Assembly: GCA_965237525.1 (NCBI GenBank)
Contig: CBDEFO010000004.1
Coordinates: 96,001 to 160,000, forward strand
Reading direction: 5' to 3'
Source: Candidatus Latescibacterota bacterium
GTDB lineage: Bacteria; Latescibacterota; CBDEFO01
Length of the DNA: 64,000 nt
Shown in pieces: positions 1 to 10,839 of the stretch (positions are counted from its first letter, which is position 1; every line of letters begins with the position of its first letter). The notes below the pieces were generated by a model. The model made no database searches and was not told the DNA's origin. It saw only the letters and a program-made list of their open reading frames with translations. The position numbers and the translations under genes were made by a program.

Positions 1-62
1 GAAAATCATTCGAATTGCTGCGGCTTTTGAATTAGCACTCCGTCTTACAGGGAAAAGAGAAA

Positions 63-3000
63 ATGAGTGCAATGAATAAGCGAACGCAACTTACTGAAAA
101 AGCTACACGTATTCCCGATACGCGCCAAGTGCAGTGGGAGGAGGTCATCCCACAATATCTGCGAGAAGTCGAGCAACAGAACAAAGAATCGGCACGTTCG
201 CACCGCTTTGCGATGCTTGTTCAGCAACTCCTTAGCATTGAACCCGACTTCATAGAGAACTATAGCAGTGGCATTGAGCAATACCTAAAGGTCAAGCAGA
301 AGGATCGTATCTTGAAGGGTAAAGCGGATAACCTCTTTGGCAATGTTATTATTGAGTTTGAGAGTAACATTCCGGGAAAACTCTCTGAAGCTGAAGGACA
401 ACTGTGCCGCTATGTCGCAATTCTCTGGTCACAAGAACCCCCTGATGCCCGTACACCGTACCTGTGCATCGCCACAGATGGGGTCCGATTCGTAACCTAC
501 TCACCAACGCTCGCTGACACAATCACGGAAGATGTGACGCCTGATGACGTGCGCCTTGAAGTGCTTGAAGAAGCGGATTGGACAAAACTCAAACCCAATG
601 AGGTTTTCTACTGGCTCGACCGGTATTTCCTGCGCAAAGAGCTTTTGACTCCCAAAAGTGAGGAGATCGTCCGCGATTTTGGTGTGAGAAGCCACGCCTT
701 TCAAACCACCACGAGCGCGCTTTTTACCCTGTGGCAGGAGATTAAAGGGCAAAGTGCCTTCGCAGTGATTTACGATAGTTGGGAAAAATATCTGCGTATT
801 GTGTACGGAAGTGAGGTTGCAGGCGATGAACTCTTCGTCCGGCATACATATCTAGCAACCCTGGCGAAACTGATGTCATGGGTGCGCATTAGCGAAATCA
901 CAAGTTTGCCCGATAACGCGCTAATCGTCCAGATGCTCGAAGGGCGATTGTTCAAGGCTCAGGGCATAGAGAATTTCATCGAGGAGGATTTCTTCTCGTG
1001 GCTGGCGCGCCTAAAAGACGAAAAAGTCGGAGTTGACGTAGTGCGTTGGCTATTCAGCCTCTTACAGAATTACAATCTGCGTGAACTCTCAGAGGATGTG
1101 TTGAAATCGCTGTATCAAGAGTTGGTGGACCCCGAAACACGGCATGACCTGGGCGAGTTCTACACCCCCGATTGGCTGGCACATCGCATCGTCCACAAGT
1201 TGCTCGATGCCAATCCGCGCGGCGCGTGTTTTGATCCTGCTTGTGGTTCAGGAACGTTTCTCTATCTTGCGATCAGAGAAAAGATTGATCGACTTAATCG
1301 TTCCTTATCCACACTAGACCATATTCTTGACTCAGTATATGGCGCAGACGTTCACCCGCTCGCGGTCATCGTTGCCAAGACAAACTACATCCTTGCCCTT
1401 GGGGATTTGCTCAAGAAGCGGAAAGGTGCAGTCACTATCCCGATTTACCTGACAGATACGATCAAATTGCCCGAACGATGGTCAAAGACTGAGACCGCAG
1501 ACTACCTAATTACAATCAATGATCGTCCTATTCATCTACCTGAAGCACTGCTCAGTAATTTCGACCCAGCGATTGAACTGGCGAAAGAGTTTGCACAGCA
1601 AAATAGAGGTAAACCTATCTCTACAGAAGAGTTCCGCAACTTTCTCACAGTACAAGGTTTCCGCGATGTTGACCATATTGAGAAGCTCTTTGCCCTTACC
1701 AGCGTGCTGAAGGACTTCATTGATACTGACCGTGACACGATCTGGGCATTTGTACTCAAAAACATCTACAAACCGCTCTCTTTCAAAAACAGATTCGATT
1801 TCGTCATGGGCAATCCACCCTGGATCTCATTCCGTTTTATGGAGTCCGACTATCAGAAATTTCTGAAAAGTCAAATCACGCAGGAGTATAAATTGCTCAC
1901 TGGAAGAGGTGAACTCATTACCCAGACGGAGGTGGCGACGCTGTTTCTCATGCGTGCTGCAGATTTGTATCTCAAAAGTGGCGGGACGATTGGCTTTGTC
2001 TTGCCCAGAAGCCTGTTCAGTGCCGACCAACATGATGGGTTGCGCAAACATAGCTTCAAATTTAGTGAAGACGAAGGACAAACACTTTCCTTCCGCGAGG
2101 TTTGGGACTGCGAGAATGTCAAGCCATTGTTCAACGTGCCTGCCTGTGTGTTGATAGCAGATAAAGGTCAGACAGCCAAGATGGAATATCCAATCGCAGG
2201 ACAGATTTTAAGCGGAAAACTCGAACGAAAAAATGCCTCGCTCGAAGAAGCTGAGGAAACACTTACAATAGAAGACACTGAGTTTTCACTTCACACGCGC
2301 GGCAAGCGGTCATTTTGGGCGACGGGCACTGCTGTGTCTACATACACAGAGAGCTACTATAAGAAGCGGTTCTTGTTGGGTGCAACGATTTTCCCACGCT
2401 CCTTCTGGTTTGTGCAAGTGCAACCATCACCGCTTGGATTCGATCCAAATCACCTCCGCTGGAAACAGCCGACCGAGCAAGAAAGGAGGCTAAGGAAGCG
2501 TACAAAAGTGTGTTTTTCAGGGATACCGTTGAAAGCCGATTTCTTTATGCGACGCTTCTGTCCACCGATTTGCTCCCGTTCGGGCATCTTGATCATCGTT
2601 TAGTCGTGTTGCCAATTGAACCGGAAGGAGACCACTACAGACTTTTTGATGCAAACGAAGCACATCGGAGAGGCTTTCTGAGTCTGGAGCGATGGCTTGG
2701 GAAGGCGGAAAAAGAGTGGAACACGCGGCGCGGATCAAAGGCAAGTCGAATGAAAGTCTATGAGCGACTTGACCGATTTCACGGGCTGACGACACAAAAT
2801 CCACAAGCTAAATATCGGGTAGTTTACAACACTTCAGGCACACATCTGACGGCGGCTGTCGTCGAAGACGAGCCAATCGAGTTTGAAGTCAATGGGCAGT
2901 ATCTCACGGTACAGGGATTCCTTGTGGATTATACGACTTATTATTATGAACTAACCTACAGCCATGAAGCTTTCTACTTAGCAGCTGTTCTTAACGCGCC

Positions 3001-3289
3001 TGTAATTGATAGGCTAATCAAGCCGATGCAGAGCCGTGGCTTGTGGGGACCGCGTCACATCTGCAAAAAAGTCCTAGAACTTCCTATCCACCAGTTTCAT
3101 ACAGCTAATCCCGTCCATTGCAAGTTAGCAGAGTTGGGTGAAGAATACAGCACCAAAGTGCAGCAGTGGCTCGCAAGCGGTGGAAAAGGTAAGATCAAGA
3201 GCATCGGCAAGTTGCGCGGGATCGTGCGAGAAATGTTAAAGGACGAATTAGAGGAAATTGATAGGATGGTCAAGGAGATTCTTGTATAA
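63..3289 (+). pseudogene. Type IIG-like fused restriction endonuclease / N6-adenine methyltransferase, frameshifted near 2450
   Basis: GEFYTP, DPACGSGTF and NPPW methyltransferase motifs; N-terminal D..EFE nuclease-like motif. ORFs 63-2603 and 2510-3289 join if one base is added near 2450 (PLETADRARKEAKEAYKSVFFRD...). Confidence 0.8.
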
Positions 3290-3306
3290 ACCAGGATCAA
3301 ACAGTT

Positions 3307-3574
3307 ATGAAACCGACATTTATACGAAATATTCTGGCAAGTGGAAACTGACTTGTGCAGTTTCCTCTACCGGGAGTTTAAGGTGTTTAGTTCAGAAGCA
3401 GAAGTGAAACAATATGGAATGAGACCTGAGAAGGAGTTCAACGGAGGAGAAGCCATTGAAGTGAGAGCACAGGACGCTTATTACTTTAAATATCGCGGCG
3501 CTTGCAAGGTAAGAGAAATTGATGGCTTCCCAGTCAACTTGTCGAACAAAATCTCAGGATCGCGTGCTGTGTAG
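3307..3574 (+). pseudogene. Small hypothetical protein, possibly frameshifted near its start
   Basis: ATG at 3307 joins ORF 3341-3574 if one T is removed; no recognisable motif. Confidence 0.25.
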
Positions 3575-3586
3575 ATAAAATATGAC

Positions 3587-4726
3587 TCAGCTCTGCCGAT
3601 AGACCCGCCCGCCCTTGACAACCGCCACGGGCACGAGCTTCTGCTTGCCGATGCGCATGTCGCCGTCCGTGTCCTGCAACTGGAATTCGCCAGAACGTAA
3701 TTCGAAGACGACCGCATCGCCCCATGCTCCGACCGAGAGTGTACCGATTTTATCTGGCATCAAAATTGTCTGAGCAGGAACAGCCGTAACCTTCGCGATC
3801 GCGTTGTCGAGCGTCAAGCCCAGACGGAGAAACTTGGTAACCACCGTCGCCAGGTCGTAGACGGGACCGTCTATGTTGTAAATGTGCAGGTCCGATGAGA
3901 TAGTTTGAGGCTCGACTCCCTGCTCCATCGCTCGTTCAGCAACCTTCCAGTTGAACGATCCTGCGCCGTGCCCAACATCGAAAACAACGCCGCGCTCCAT
4001 CGCCTCACGCACCGATTTTCGCACTTGACCATGATCGTCCAGGATGCCGCACGCCATACCGTGGAAGCAGTGAGTCATGATGTCGCGCTCGCGCATAACG
4101 GCTAAAATATCGTCAATCGAGGCGCACCAGGCATCCTGCGGATGAACCATGATGGGCAATCCGGCCGCGCCTGCGGCCTCGCGCGCTCGGTGCAGGGGCG
4201 ACATCCCTGACTTCTCGCTGACGATGAGGTTCTTTGTAAGTCGAACCTTCACACCCAGAATCACATCGCGGTGCTTTTCTATCATCTGGCACGCTTTGTC
4301 CACATTTGCGTACTCAGGGATTTCGAACTCACCGATTTCGACGGTCAGCATCCCCTGTGACGAAATGTTGAGCTGCGCCAGGATACGCGTTCCGCTCACC
4401 TCAATCACATACTTGCGAAAGCCCGGAAAGGTGTCCGCTCCCGCAGAACCTGCGTCGACCACTGTGGTTGCTCCCTTAGCCAGACAGGTAGGGTCAGGCT
4501 CGATGCCGAAGTGGCTGACGCCGTAGAACACATGGACGTGCAAATCGATCATCCCTGGCGTGACGATGCGACCACTTGCGTCCAGCACCTCGCGCGCCTC
4601 CGTCTTAGACAGATCATCATCGACAGCGGAAACGACGCCATCTGTAAAAGCCACGTCCTTTTTCGCGTGGAGCTTCAGTGCAGGGTCGACGAGCGTCCCG
4701 CCTTTGACAAGCAAGTCATAAGTCAT
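3587..4726 (-). CDS. Amidohydrolase/deacetylase-family metallohydrolase (dihydroorotase-like)
   Basis: PGMIDLHVH, VVDAGSAG, THCFHG, FDVGHG and ISSDLH motifs; GGAGG RBS. Confidence 0.9.
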   Translation of the reverse strand: MTYDLLVKGGTLVDPALKLHAKKDVAFTDGVVSAVDDDLSKTEAREVLDASGRIVTPGMIDLHVHVFYGVSHFGIEPDPTCLAKGATTVVDAGSAGADTFPGFRKYVIEVSGTRILAQLNISSQGMLTVEIGEFEIPEYANVDKACQMIEKHRDVILGVKVRLTKNLIVSEKSGMSPLHRAREAAGAAGLPIMVHPQDAWCASIDDILAVMRERDIMTHCFHGMACGILDDHGQVRKSVREAMERGVVFDVGHGAGSFNWKVAERAMEQGVEPQTISSDLHIYNIDGPVYDLATVVTKFLRLGLTLDNAIAKVTAVPAQTILMPDKIGTLSVGAWGDAVVFELRSGEFQLQDTDGDMRIGKQKLVPVAVVKGGRVYRQS

Positions 4727-4785
4727 GTTTCAACCTCCATATTCGTCTTCTTGTAACGGATGTTTCCTTCCATTGCTGTGCCAAC

Positions 4786-4814
4786 AGCTTAAGCATAAAA
4801 CACAAAGTTGTCAA
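4786..4814 (-). promoter_or_regulatory. Sigma70-like promoter of the amidohydrolase
   Basis: TTGACA-17-TAAGCT on the minus strand; conserved in copy B. Confidence 0.65.
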
Positions 4815-4958
4815 TAAAAATTTGAGGGGATGCTATTTTGAGCAGACATGGGAGGAGCATTCCTACTGCAGAATACTTGTGGTTTTGTCAAGGGGAGAGC
4901 GTACCAAAATATCGGAGTTTGCACTACTTGTTTCAAAATTAGACATGAAATAATATGG

Positions 4959-4987
4959 TTGACTTTCAAGGGTTATAAGAGTAGATT
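4959..4987 (+). promoter_or_regulatory. Pc-like cassette promoter, copy A
   Basis: TTGACT-17-TAGATT; hexamers and spacing are conserved in three copies while the spacer sequence varies. Confidence 0.7.
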
Positions 4988-5038
4988 GCACATGGGTTAG
5001 GAATTATTATCTAAGTTCTGAATAAAAGGAATGGCGTT

Positions 5039-5947
5039 ATGTCGCAGCATTTTCATCACCTGCAGACCGAGGAATTGTCACTTGTGATTGGGGACAACTC
5101 CGCGCATCAGGACCACCAAGCAGGATACAACGGCATCTGGCAGATCACATCAGTTCACGATTGTCGACCCTTGTTCGTGCCCAGGTATTGCGGTATGAAC
5201 TTTGAGTTTATTGCTCCCTTGTCTGCTCCGCACGCGACGGAGCCCAAAGATCACCCCACAGAATTGCTTGTTGATGACAAACTGCGTCAGGTCACTCTGT
5301 ACCAGACGCCCACCTCCGAGCACCATGTCGAAAGTTGGATGACCTATCGGACGGCAGGCCCTTCCCACGTGGATTGGACTTTCCGCTATCGCCTGCATGA
5401 TTCAGGGGCGTTTCCCACGGAATTTGCCGGTTTCTTCTTTGCCAATTACATCCATCAACCGGAGAACAAGGCTATTTACCTGTTGAGTCGGGATGCCTAT
5501 GACGCGCTGATGTGGATTCAGTTTTGTACGACGTTTCAGGGTCGAGACAGTGCAGTAACCTGGGAGGCCGATTCGTACGATTTGCATTTCGGGCCACATG
5601 ACCGCGGATTGTATACATCACGTGCACCCATTCGGTACACTGTTCCGATGATGTTGGGCCGCCGTGGTGACATGGCGTTCGTATTGATGTTTGAAAGTCC
5701 TCGTGGCGTCGTGATCTCGCACGGTATGGGCGGAGGTGGCTTTGTCGAAGATCGTTCGGACCGTAACCCGGCGTGGGATTTCTTTCTCTATGCGAGGGAT
5801 ACTGCAGAGCATCCAGAAGGACAATGGAACGGCCGACTGGTTTATAAGACATTTCTGGGCCGCGATGAGATCCTGAGTGAGTATCAGGACTTCCAGCGTT
5901 CGTTGGGTCACAACTGGACAATTCCGTCTTATGGACCCGATGCATAG
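5039..5947 (+). CDS. Cassette gene, hypothetical protein (possibly aldose-epimerase/mutarotase-like beta-sandwich)
   Basis: 302-aa ORF bounded by GTTATGT (5036) and its reverse complement ACATAAC (5999). Confidence 0.7.
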   Translation: MSQHFHHLQTEELSLVIGDNSAHQDHQAGYNGIWQITSVHDCRPLFVPRYCGMNFEFIAPLSAPHATEPKDHPTELLVDDKLRQVTLYQTPTSEHHVESWMTYRTAGPSHVDWTFRYRLHDSGAFPTEFAGFFFANYIHQPENKAIYLLSRDAYDALMWIQFCTTFQGRDSAVTWEADSYDLHFGPHDRGLYTSRAPIRYTVPMMLGRRGDMAFVLMFESPRGVVISHGMGGGGFVEDRSDRNPAWDFFLYARDTAEHPEGQWNGRLVYKTFLGRDEILSEYQDFQRSLGHNWTIPSYGPDA

Positions 5948-5998
5948 TCCGGTTCGGCGTCGGCTACAATACCAAAGCGGTCAAATTTCCTGGGTCAG

Positions 5999-6030
5999 AC
6001 ATAACAAGGCAAACGGAGGGTACCCGCTTG
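5999..6030 (+). other. Truncated attC (left half)
   Basis: ACATAACAAGGC R''-like start; no matching right arm. Confidence 0.5.
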
Positions 6031-6076
6031 AGTTCCCGATGTAGGACGATTTCTCAAACATATTGAGATGATATTT

Positions 6077-6139
6077 ACCGAACAACCGGTTACACACCGA
6101 ACGCGGAGGACCGCGCGTGTGAGCCGTATGACGTTATGC
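6077..6139 (+). other. attC site
   Basis: ACCGAAC...GTTATGC, 63 bp, with an imperfect internal inverted repeat. Confidence 0.75.
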
Positions 6140-6161
6140 ATTCTGAATAGGAGGAATTAGC

Positions 6162-7049
6162 ATGCGGCCTCAGATAAGCAGTCAGTGGTGGCAGGTGGCG
6201 GGCAATCCTAATCTGAGACATTACGGAACGCCTCACCAGCAGCCTGTTGATTTCGCGATATGGCAAGCAGAAGACAGCACTTGGCAGCTGTGGTCCTGCA
6301 TCAGACACACCGCCTGCGGCGGACAGACGAGGCTGTTCTACAGATGGGAGGGAACAGACCTAAAGCAGGAGCATTGGGAGCCGAAGGGCGTCGCCATGGA
6401 GGCGAGGGTTGACCTCGGCGAGACGGAAGGCGGCCTTCAGGCCCCACATGTCATCAAAGAGAACGACACGTACTACATGTTCTATGGAGACTGGAATCGC
6501 ATTTGCCTTGCCAGCAGCAGGGACGGAAAATCGTTCGAGCGCGTGTTGGGGAAAAACGGCCAACCCGACCTCTTTTCCGGGCCGTACGAGAACAGCCGCG
6601 ACCCCATGGTTCTGACGGTCGACGGTGTTTTTCACTGCTACTACACGGGGCACAAGGAAGACGCAAAGCCGGCGGCAGCCGTCTTCTGCCGCACTTCTCC
6701 CGATCTCCTCGATTGGAGCGATCCCGTCGTTGTGTGTGCGGGAGGGGCCGCCGCCAGACAAACTGGTTGGTTAGGAAATTGTGAATGTCCATTCGTCGTT
6801 GAAGTCGACGGATTGTTCTGTCTGTTCCGCAATCAGAGATATGGGGTGGACAACCTTAATACACAATACTGCTCGCCTGACCCGCTGAGTTTCGGAATCG
6901 ACGACGATCGCTTTTATGTGGGGACACTGCCCGTTGCCGCACCGGAGATCATAGAACACAGGGGACGGTACTACATTGCGGCATTACTGCCTGATCTGAC
7001 GGGCTTCCGGATTGCAGAGCTCGACTGGGTCGATCAGGATAATGCATAA
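6162..7049 (+). CDS. Cassette gene: five-bladed beta-propeller glycoside hydrolase-like protein (GH32/43/130-like)
   Basis: APHV..YYMFY, RDPMV, ECPFV and APEII blade motifs; bounded by GTTATGC and GCATAAC (perfect complements). Confidence 0.8.
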   Translation: MRPQISSQWWQVAGNPNLRHYGTPHQQPVDFAIWQAEDSTWQLWSCIRHTACGGQTRLFYRWEGTDLKQEHWEPKGVAMEARVDLGETEGGLQAPHVIKENDTYYMFYGDWNRICLASSRDGKSFERVLGKNGQPDLFSGPYENSRDPMVLTVDGVFHCYYTGHKEDAKPAAAVFCRTSPDLLDWSDPVVVCAGGAAARQTGWLGNCECPFVVEVDGLFCLFRNQRYGVDNLNTQYCSPDPLSFGIDDDRFYVGTLPVAAPEIIEHRGRYYIAALLPDLTGFRIAELDWVDQDNA

Positions 7050-7100
7050 CTACTGTTTCCAGCCGATGGCTGGAAGCCGCGCCTGAAGCACACGTTCGGC
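7044..7100 (+). other. attC site
   Basis: GCATAAC overlapping the stop codon ... GTTCGGC; L boxes TGTTTCCAG/CTGAAGCA with one extrahelical base. Confidence 0.85.
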
Positions 7101-7136
7101 ATCAGTAAGATTAGAACTGGCATCCCCCTACAGAGA

Positions 7137-7350
7137 ATGGATCTCTTAATGAATTCGCAGATCAAGATTACACGGAATCCTGTCTTTGACGGGACCATCA
7201 GTCCCTTCATTTATGGTGAATTCGTGGAGTTTATAAATGACCTGATCCCTGGCATGTGGGCAGAGATGATCCGGGATCGTTCGTTCGAAGGGTTTTCGCA
7301 GCCAACGTATTTCTACCGCAAGGAGAAGGACTTCCCCAAGCCAGCATGGC
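7137..7350 (+). pseudogene. Truncated alpha-L-arabinofuranosidase (GH51)-like cassette gene, N-terminus only
   Basis: ISPFIYGEFVE..GMWAEMIRDRSFE; cut off by the duplicated block starting at 7347. Confidence 0.65.
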
Positions 7351-7846
7351 GTGAGATTCGGCCACTTGCGTTCAGCATCTCGCGCGCCTCCGTCTTAGGC
7401 AGATCATCACCGACAGCGGAAACGAGGGCATTTGTAAAAGCCACGTCCTTTTTCGCGTGGAGCTTCAGTGCAGGGTCGACGAGCTGCCCGCCTTTGACAA
7501 GCAAGTCATAAGTCATATTTCAACCTCCATATTCGTCTTCTTGTAACGGATGTTTCCTTCCATTGCTGTGCCAACAGCTTAAGCATAAAACAGAAAGTTG
7601 TCAATAAAAATTTGAGGGGATGCTATTTTGAGCAGACATGGGAGGGGCATCCCTACTGCAAAATTCTTGTCGCTCTGTCAAGGAAAGCAGTGCCAAAATA
7701 TCGGAGTTTGCACTATTTGTTTCAAAATTAGACATGAAATAATATGGTTGACTTTCAAAGGGTATAACAATAAATTGGAGATTGGTTTTCAATCATTATC
7801 TAAGTTATGATAACTGAAAGTTATTTTGGTTAACTAATAGTTCGCC
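7347..7846. repeat. Platform copy B: amidohydrolase 5' fragment (minus, 7347-7516), Pc and attI-like site
   Basis: Near-identical to copy A; Pc TTGACT(7748)-17-TAAATT; ends GGTTAACTAATA-GTTCGCC at the cassette start (7840). Confidence 0.85.
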
Positions 7847-7875
7847 TTTGACAATTAATGGGAGGCCTGAGCCAT

Positions 7876-8358
7876 ATGTTTGATATGCTGGTGAAGTTGT
7901 ATGATCTGCCCGCAGTAGAGCCTTCTGTCAGGGGTCTAAGGGAACAGGGGGTAGGTGTCCGTCGCGCGATGTCCTACGAAAAAGCCGAGGTGATCAAATG
8001 GGTCGACGGCAAATTTGTCGGTGAGTGGACAAGTGAAAGCGACGTTGCTTTTAGTAACCATCCCATTTCCTGTTTTCTAGCCACAGAGGAAGGCGAGATC
8101 ATAGGTTTTGCCTGCTATGACTGCACCTGCAAGAATTTCTTCGGACCCACAGGTGTTGTCGAAGAGAAGCGCTCTCGCGGAATTGGCAAAGCATTGTTAC
8201 TGTGCTGTCTACACGCTATGGCGGCAAACGGATACGGTTACGCAATCATAGGCGGGGTTGGTCCTGCTGATTTCTACGCAAAAGCGGTAGGTGCAGTTGA
8301 GATCAAAGGCTCATCTCCCGGAGTCTACCGCGATCGGTTGAAGAAGACGGAAAGCTAA
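7876..8358 (+). CDS. Cassette gene: GNAT-family N-acetyltransferase
   Basis: GPTGV..KRSRGIGKALL and FYAKAVG motifs; GGAGG RBS; stop codon overlaps the attC. Confidence 0.9.
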   Translation: MFDMLVKLYDLPAVEPSVRGLREQGVGVRRAMSYEKAEVIKWVDGKFVGEWTSESDVAFSNHPISCFLATEEGEIIGFACYDCTCKNFFGPTGVVEEKRSRGIGKALLLCCLHAMAANGYGYAIIGGVGPADFYAKAVGAVEIKGSSPGVYRDRLKKTES

Positions 8359-8415
8359 CAAGATGCGTGCACGGTACGGTGCTGGACATGCCCACCGTAA
8401 AGCAAGACGTTGGGC
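8353..8415 (+). other. attC site
   Basis: AGCTAAC...GTTGGGC, 63 bp, with internal TACGGT/ACCGTA stem. Confidence 0.7.
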
Positions 8416-8594
8416 TGGAGGGAAGTCCATAGATGACAGTGCAAAGAACCACACTCTTGATACCAGGACGGAACAAAACTCATTCTATGGAGAAGGAGAG
8501 TTAAACAGGGGGCTCAGAGGCCCGGCGGCGGGCGGATGTCAAATGGCGAAAATGTCTGTTTATTTGATCTATGGGCTATGAGCAGTGAGGACTT

Positions 8595-9722
8595 ATGATA
8601 CGGAGCGCCATCCATTGGCACAAGGTGATATGCCGGCAACCCGGCGACTTCATCGGCTTCCCAACAGTGACGCAGACGGCAGACGGCGAGATCCTGGCCA
8701 TCTTCTCCGGAGACCGTGAGACTCATCATTGCCCCTACGGCAAGAGCCAGCTCATCCGTAGCAGCGATGGAGGCGAGACGTGGTCGGCGGCCGAGACTGT
8801 AAATAACACGCCGTTGGACGACCGTGACGCCGGCATTGTCGCACTAACATCAGGAACGCTGGTCATGAGTTGGTTCGTCACTGACACCCGCGAGGTCCTG
8901 GAAAATTACCGCGGACCCGTACCAAACAAGGCGTGGGGTCTCTGGCCAACGCCAAAGGAGTGGGAGTCCTGGCGGCGGCACTGTGACAAGATTCCCGACG
9001 ACGTCCGAAAGCAGTGGGTCGGAACCAAGATCCACGAACCCTATACCCGACGATCGACTGATGGGGGACGGACCTGGGAAGAACCGGTGCGATCAATCGT
9101 GATGACGCCGCATGGTCCGATCCAGCTAAGCGATGGGAGTCTCCGTTTCGTCGGAATCATCACAGACGAGGGTGGCGAAGGCGCAAGGACTCTGGCTTGC
9201 GCCGCTTCGACCGATGAGGCACGGTCATGGAGCTTGATCGGGACTATGTCCGTAGATAAGAGGTTCGGCGAAACTCACACCTTTAGCGAGCCGCACGCCG
9301 TCGAAGTAGACGACGGGCGGCTCGTCTGTATGTGGCGGCACACCCCGAGCGACAAAGATGCCTCCCAGCATTTTCTGCATCAGTGCGAAAGCGACGACGG
9401 CGGCAAGACATGGAGCGTGATCAGGCCGACACCCATCTGGGGCTATCCGGCCCATCTGCTCCGCCTTCATTGCGGCGACGTGCTGGCCAGTTACGGATAC
9501 CGCCGCGAACCCATGGGACAGCGCGCCTGCTTGAGCCATGACGGCTGCGCCACGTGGGACGTGGACAACGAGATTGTGCTCCGCGACGATGCCACGAGCG
9601 TAGATCTGGGCTATCCCTCGACCGTGGAACTCGAACCGGGGGAGATGCTGACCGTCTATTACCAACTCGTGCCGCCAGATGAGAAGCCCACCCTCGTGGC
9701 GACTCGGTGGTCGCTCGCTTGA
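8595..9722 (+). CDS. Sialidase-family / BNR Asp-box repeat protein
   Basis: Five S-x-D-x-G-x-T-W-like Asp boxes; DLGYPSTVEL. Confidence 0.9.
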   Translation: MIRSAIHWHKVICRQPGDFIGFPTVTQTADGEILAIFSGDRETHHCPYGKSQLIRSSDGGETWSAAETVNNTPLDDRDAGIVALTSGTLVMSWFVTDTREVLENYRGPVPNKAWGLWPTPKEWESWRRHCDKIPDDVRKQWVGTKIHEPYTRRSTDGGRTWEEPVRSIVMTPHGPIQLSDGSLRFVGIITDEGGEGARTLACAASTDEARSWSLIGTMSVDKRFGETHTFSEPHAVEVDDGRLVCMWRHTPSDKDASQHFLHQCESDDGGKTWSVIRPTPIWGYPAHLLRLHCGDVLASYGYRREPMGQRACLSHDGCATWDVDNEIVLRDDATSVDLGYPSTVELEPGEMLTVYYQLVPPDEKPTLVATRWSLA

Positions 9723-9790
9723 CCTGAGCGACGCCTACGGTTATATGACTCGGCTCGCCAAGGTCTGGCGCACAGATTTAAGGAGAAGCT

Positions 9791-10822
9791 ATGACTCATG
9801 CAAAGATAGGCTTTGTTGGCTGCGGAACCCATGCCACAAACAACTTGTACCCGATGCTCCGATATGCGAGGTGTAGCCTGGAGACTGTATGCGATCTGGA
9901 TGAAGAGCTTGCGGCACGAAACGCTCGGCTATTCGGTGCATCCTCGTACTACGTCGATGTTGAGAAGATGCTATCCGAGAGCGATTTAGATGGGGTTCTC
10001 GTCGTTGGGCCATCTGAAATGCACTACGAGATTGGCAAAAAGGTACTTGCCTGCCGCTTGAATCTTTTTGTCGAGAAACCCCCTGCGCCTGACTTGAGGC
10101 GGACTCAGGAGCTTGTTGATCTGGCGCGGAAGAATAACGTATTCATCATGGCGGGTTTCGTGAAGCGCCACGGCATGACCTACGCCAAGGTGAGACACCT
10201 AATCGAGACGGGGCAATTCGAACCAGCGATGGGGTTTCTCAAGTACGGACACTGGCCGAACACCGATCTCCGGAGAATGGTTCTGGACATGTGTTGTCAT
10301 GCCATTGATCTTGCAATCAGCTTTTTCGGGGAGGTGTCAAGTGTAACTTCCCACCTTGTCGAATTAAGTCGGACTCTATCTCTGGCCGTGACGCTTCGTT
10401 TCCGGTCAGGAAAGGTCGCTCAACTCATGCTCGACTCGTCGCAGCCCCGGATTCAGGAACGCGTGGAGATCTCCGGGACACTCGACGGGAAGAATGCTCT
10501 GATCGTGGTAGACAACGTTCATCAGTTGGAGGTTCACAGGCAGGGACGCGACGGCATTGATCTCTTGGCTCCGAGTCTGCCAGAAGTGGTTCCTGAGTTC
10601 GATCTGGACGACATACGCGTCTGGCGTCCAGACTACGGAATCCCGAACATGGGGCAGACGCGTCACTTCTTCCAGGGCTTTGCCGGCGAGATCCGAGAGT
10701 TCGTGGACGCAATCCTGGAGAACCGTGAGCCTTACCCCTGTGCTGAAGACGCGCTGAAGACGATGGCTGTCGTTGAGGCAATTGCATCGAAACCGGATGG
10801 AACAACTGAATTTGGCGGATGA
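9791..10822 (+). CDS. Gfo/Idh/MocA-family oxidoreductase
   Basis: GFVGCG, FVEKP and DMCCHAID motifs. Confidence 0.9.
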   Translation: MTHAKIGFVGCGTHATNNLYPMLRYARCSLETVCDLDEELAARNARLFGASSYYVDVEKMLSESDLDGVLVVGPSEMHYEIGKKVLACRLNLFVEKPPAPDLRRTQELVDLARKNNVFIMAGFVKRHGMTYAKVRHLIETGQFEPAMGFLKYGHWPNTDLRRMVLDMCCHAIDLAISFFGEVSSVTSHLVELSRTLSLAVTLRFRSGKVAQLMLDSSQPRIQERVEISGTLDGKNALIVVDNVHQLEVHRQGRDGIDLLAPSLPEVVPEFDLDDIRVWRPDYGIPNMGQTRHFFQGFAGEIREFVDAILENREPYPCAEDALKTMAVVEAIASKPDGTTEFGG

Positions 10823-10839
10823 ATGCCAAGATAAGAAAG

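Larger units (their letters stand above)
4556..5017. repeat. Platform copy A: amidohydrolase 5' end, intergenic region and Pc/attI-like region
   Basis: Aligns by eye with 7347-7806; its 3' part also aligns with 12218 onward. Confidence 0.9.

Noticed and set aside
2440..2520. Programmed frameshift or phase variation in the restriction-modification gene
   Set aside because: No slippery heptamer or simple-sequence tract at the inferred shift point
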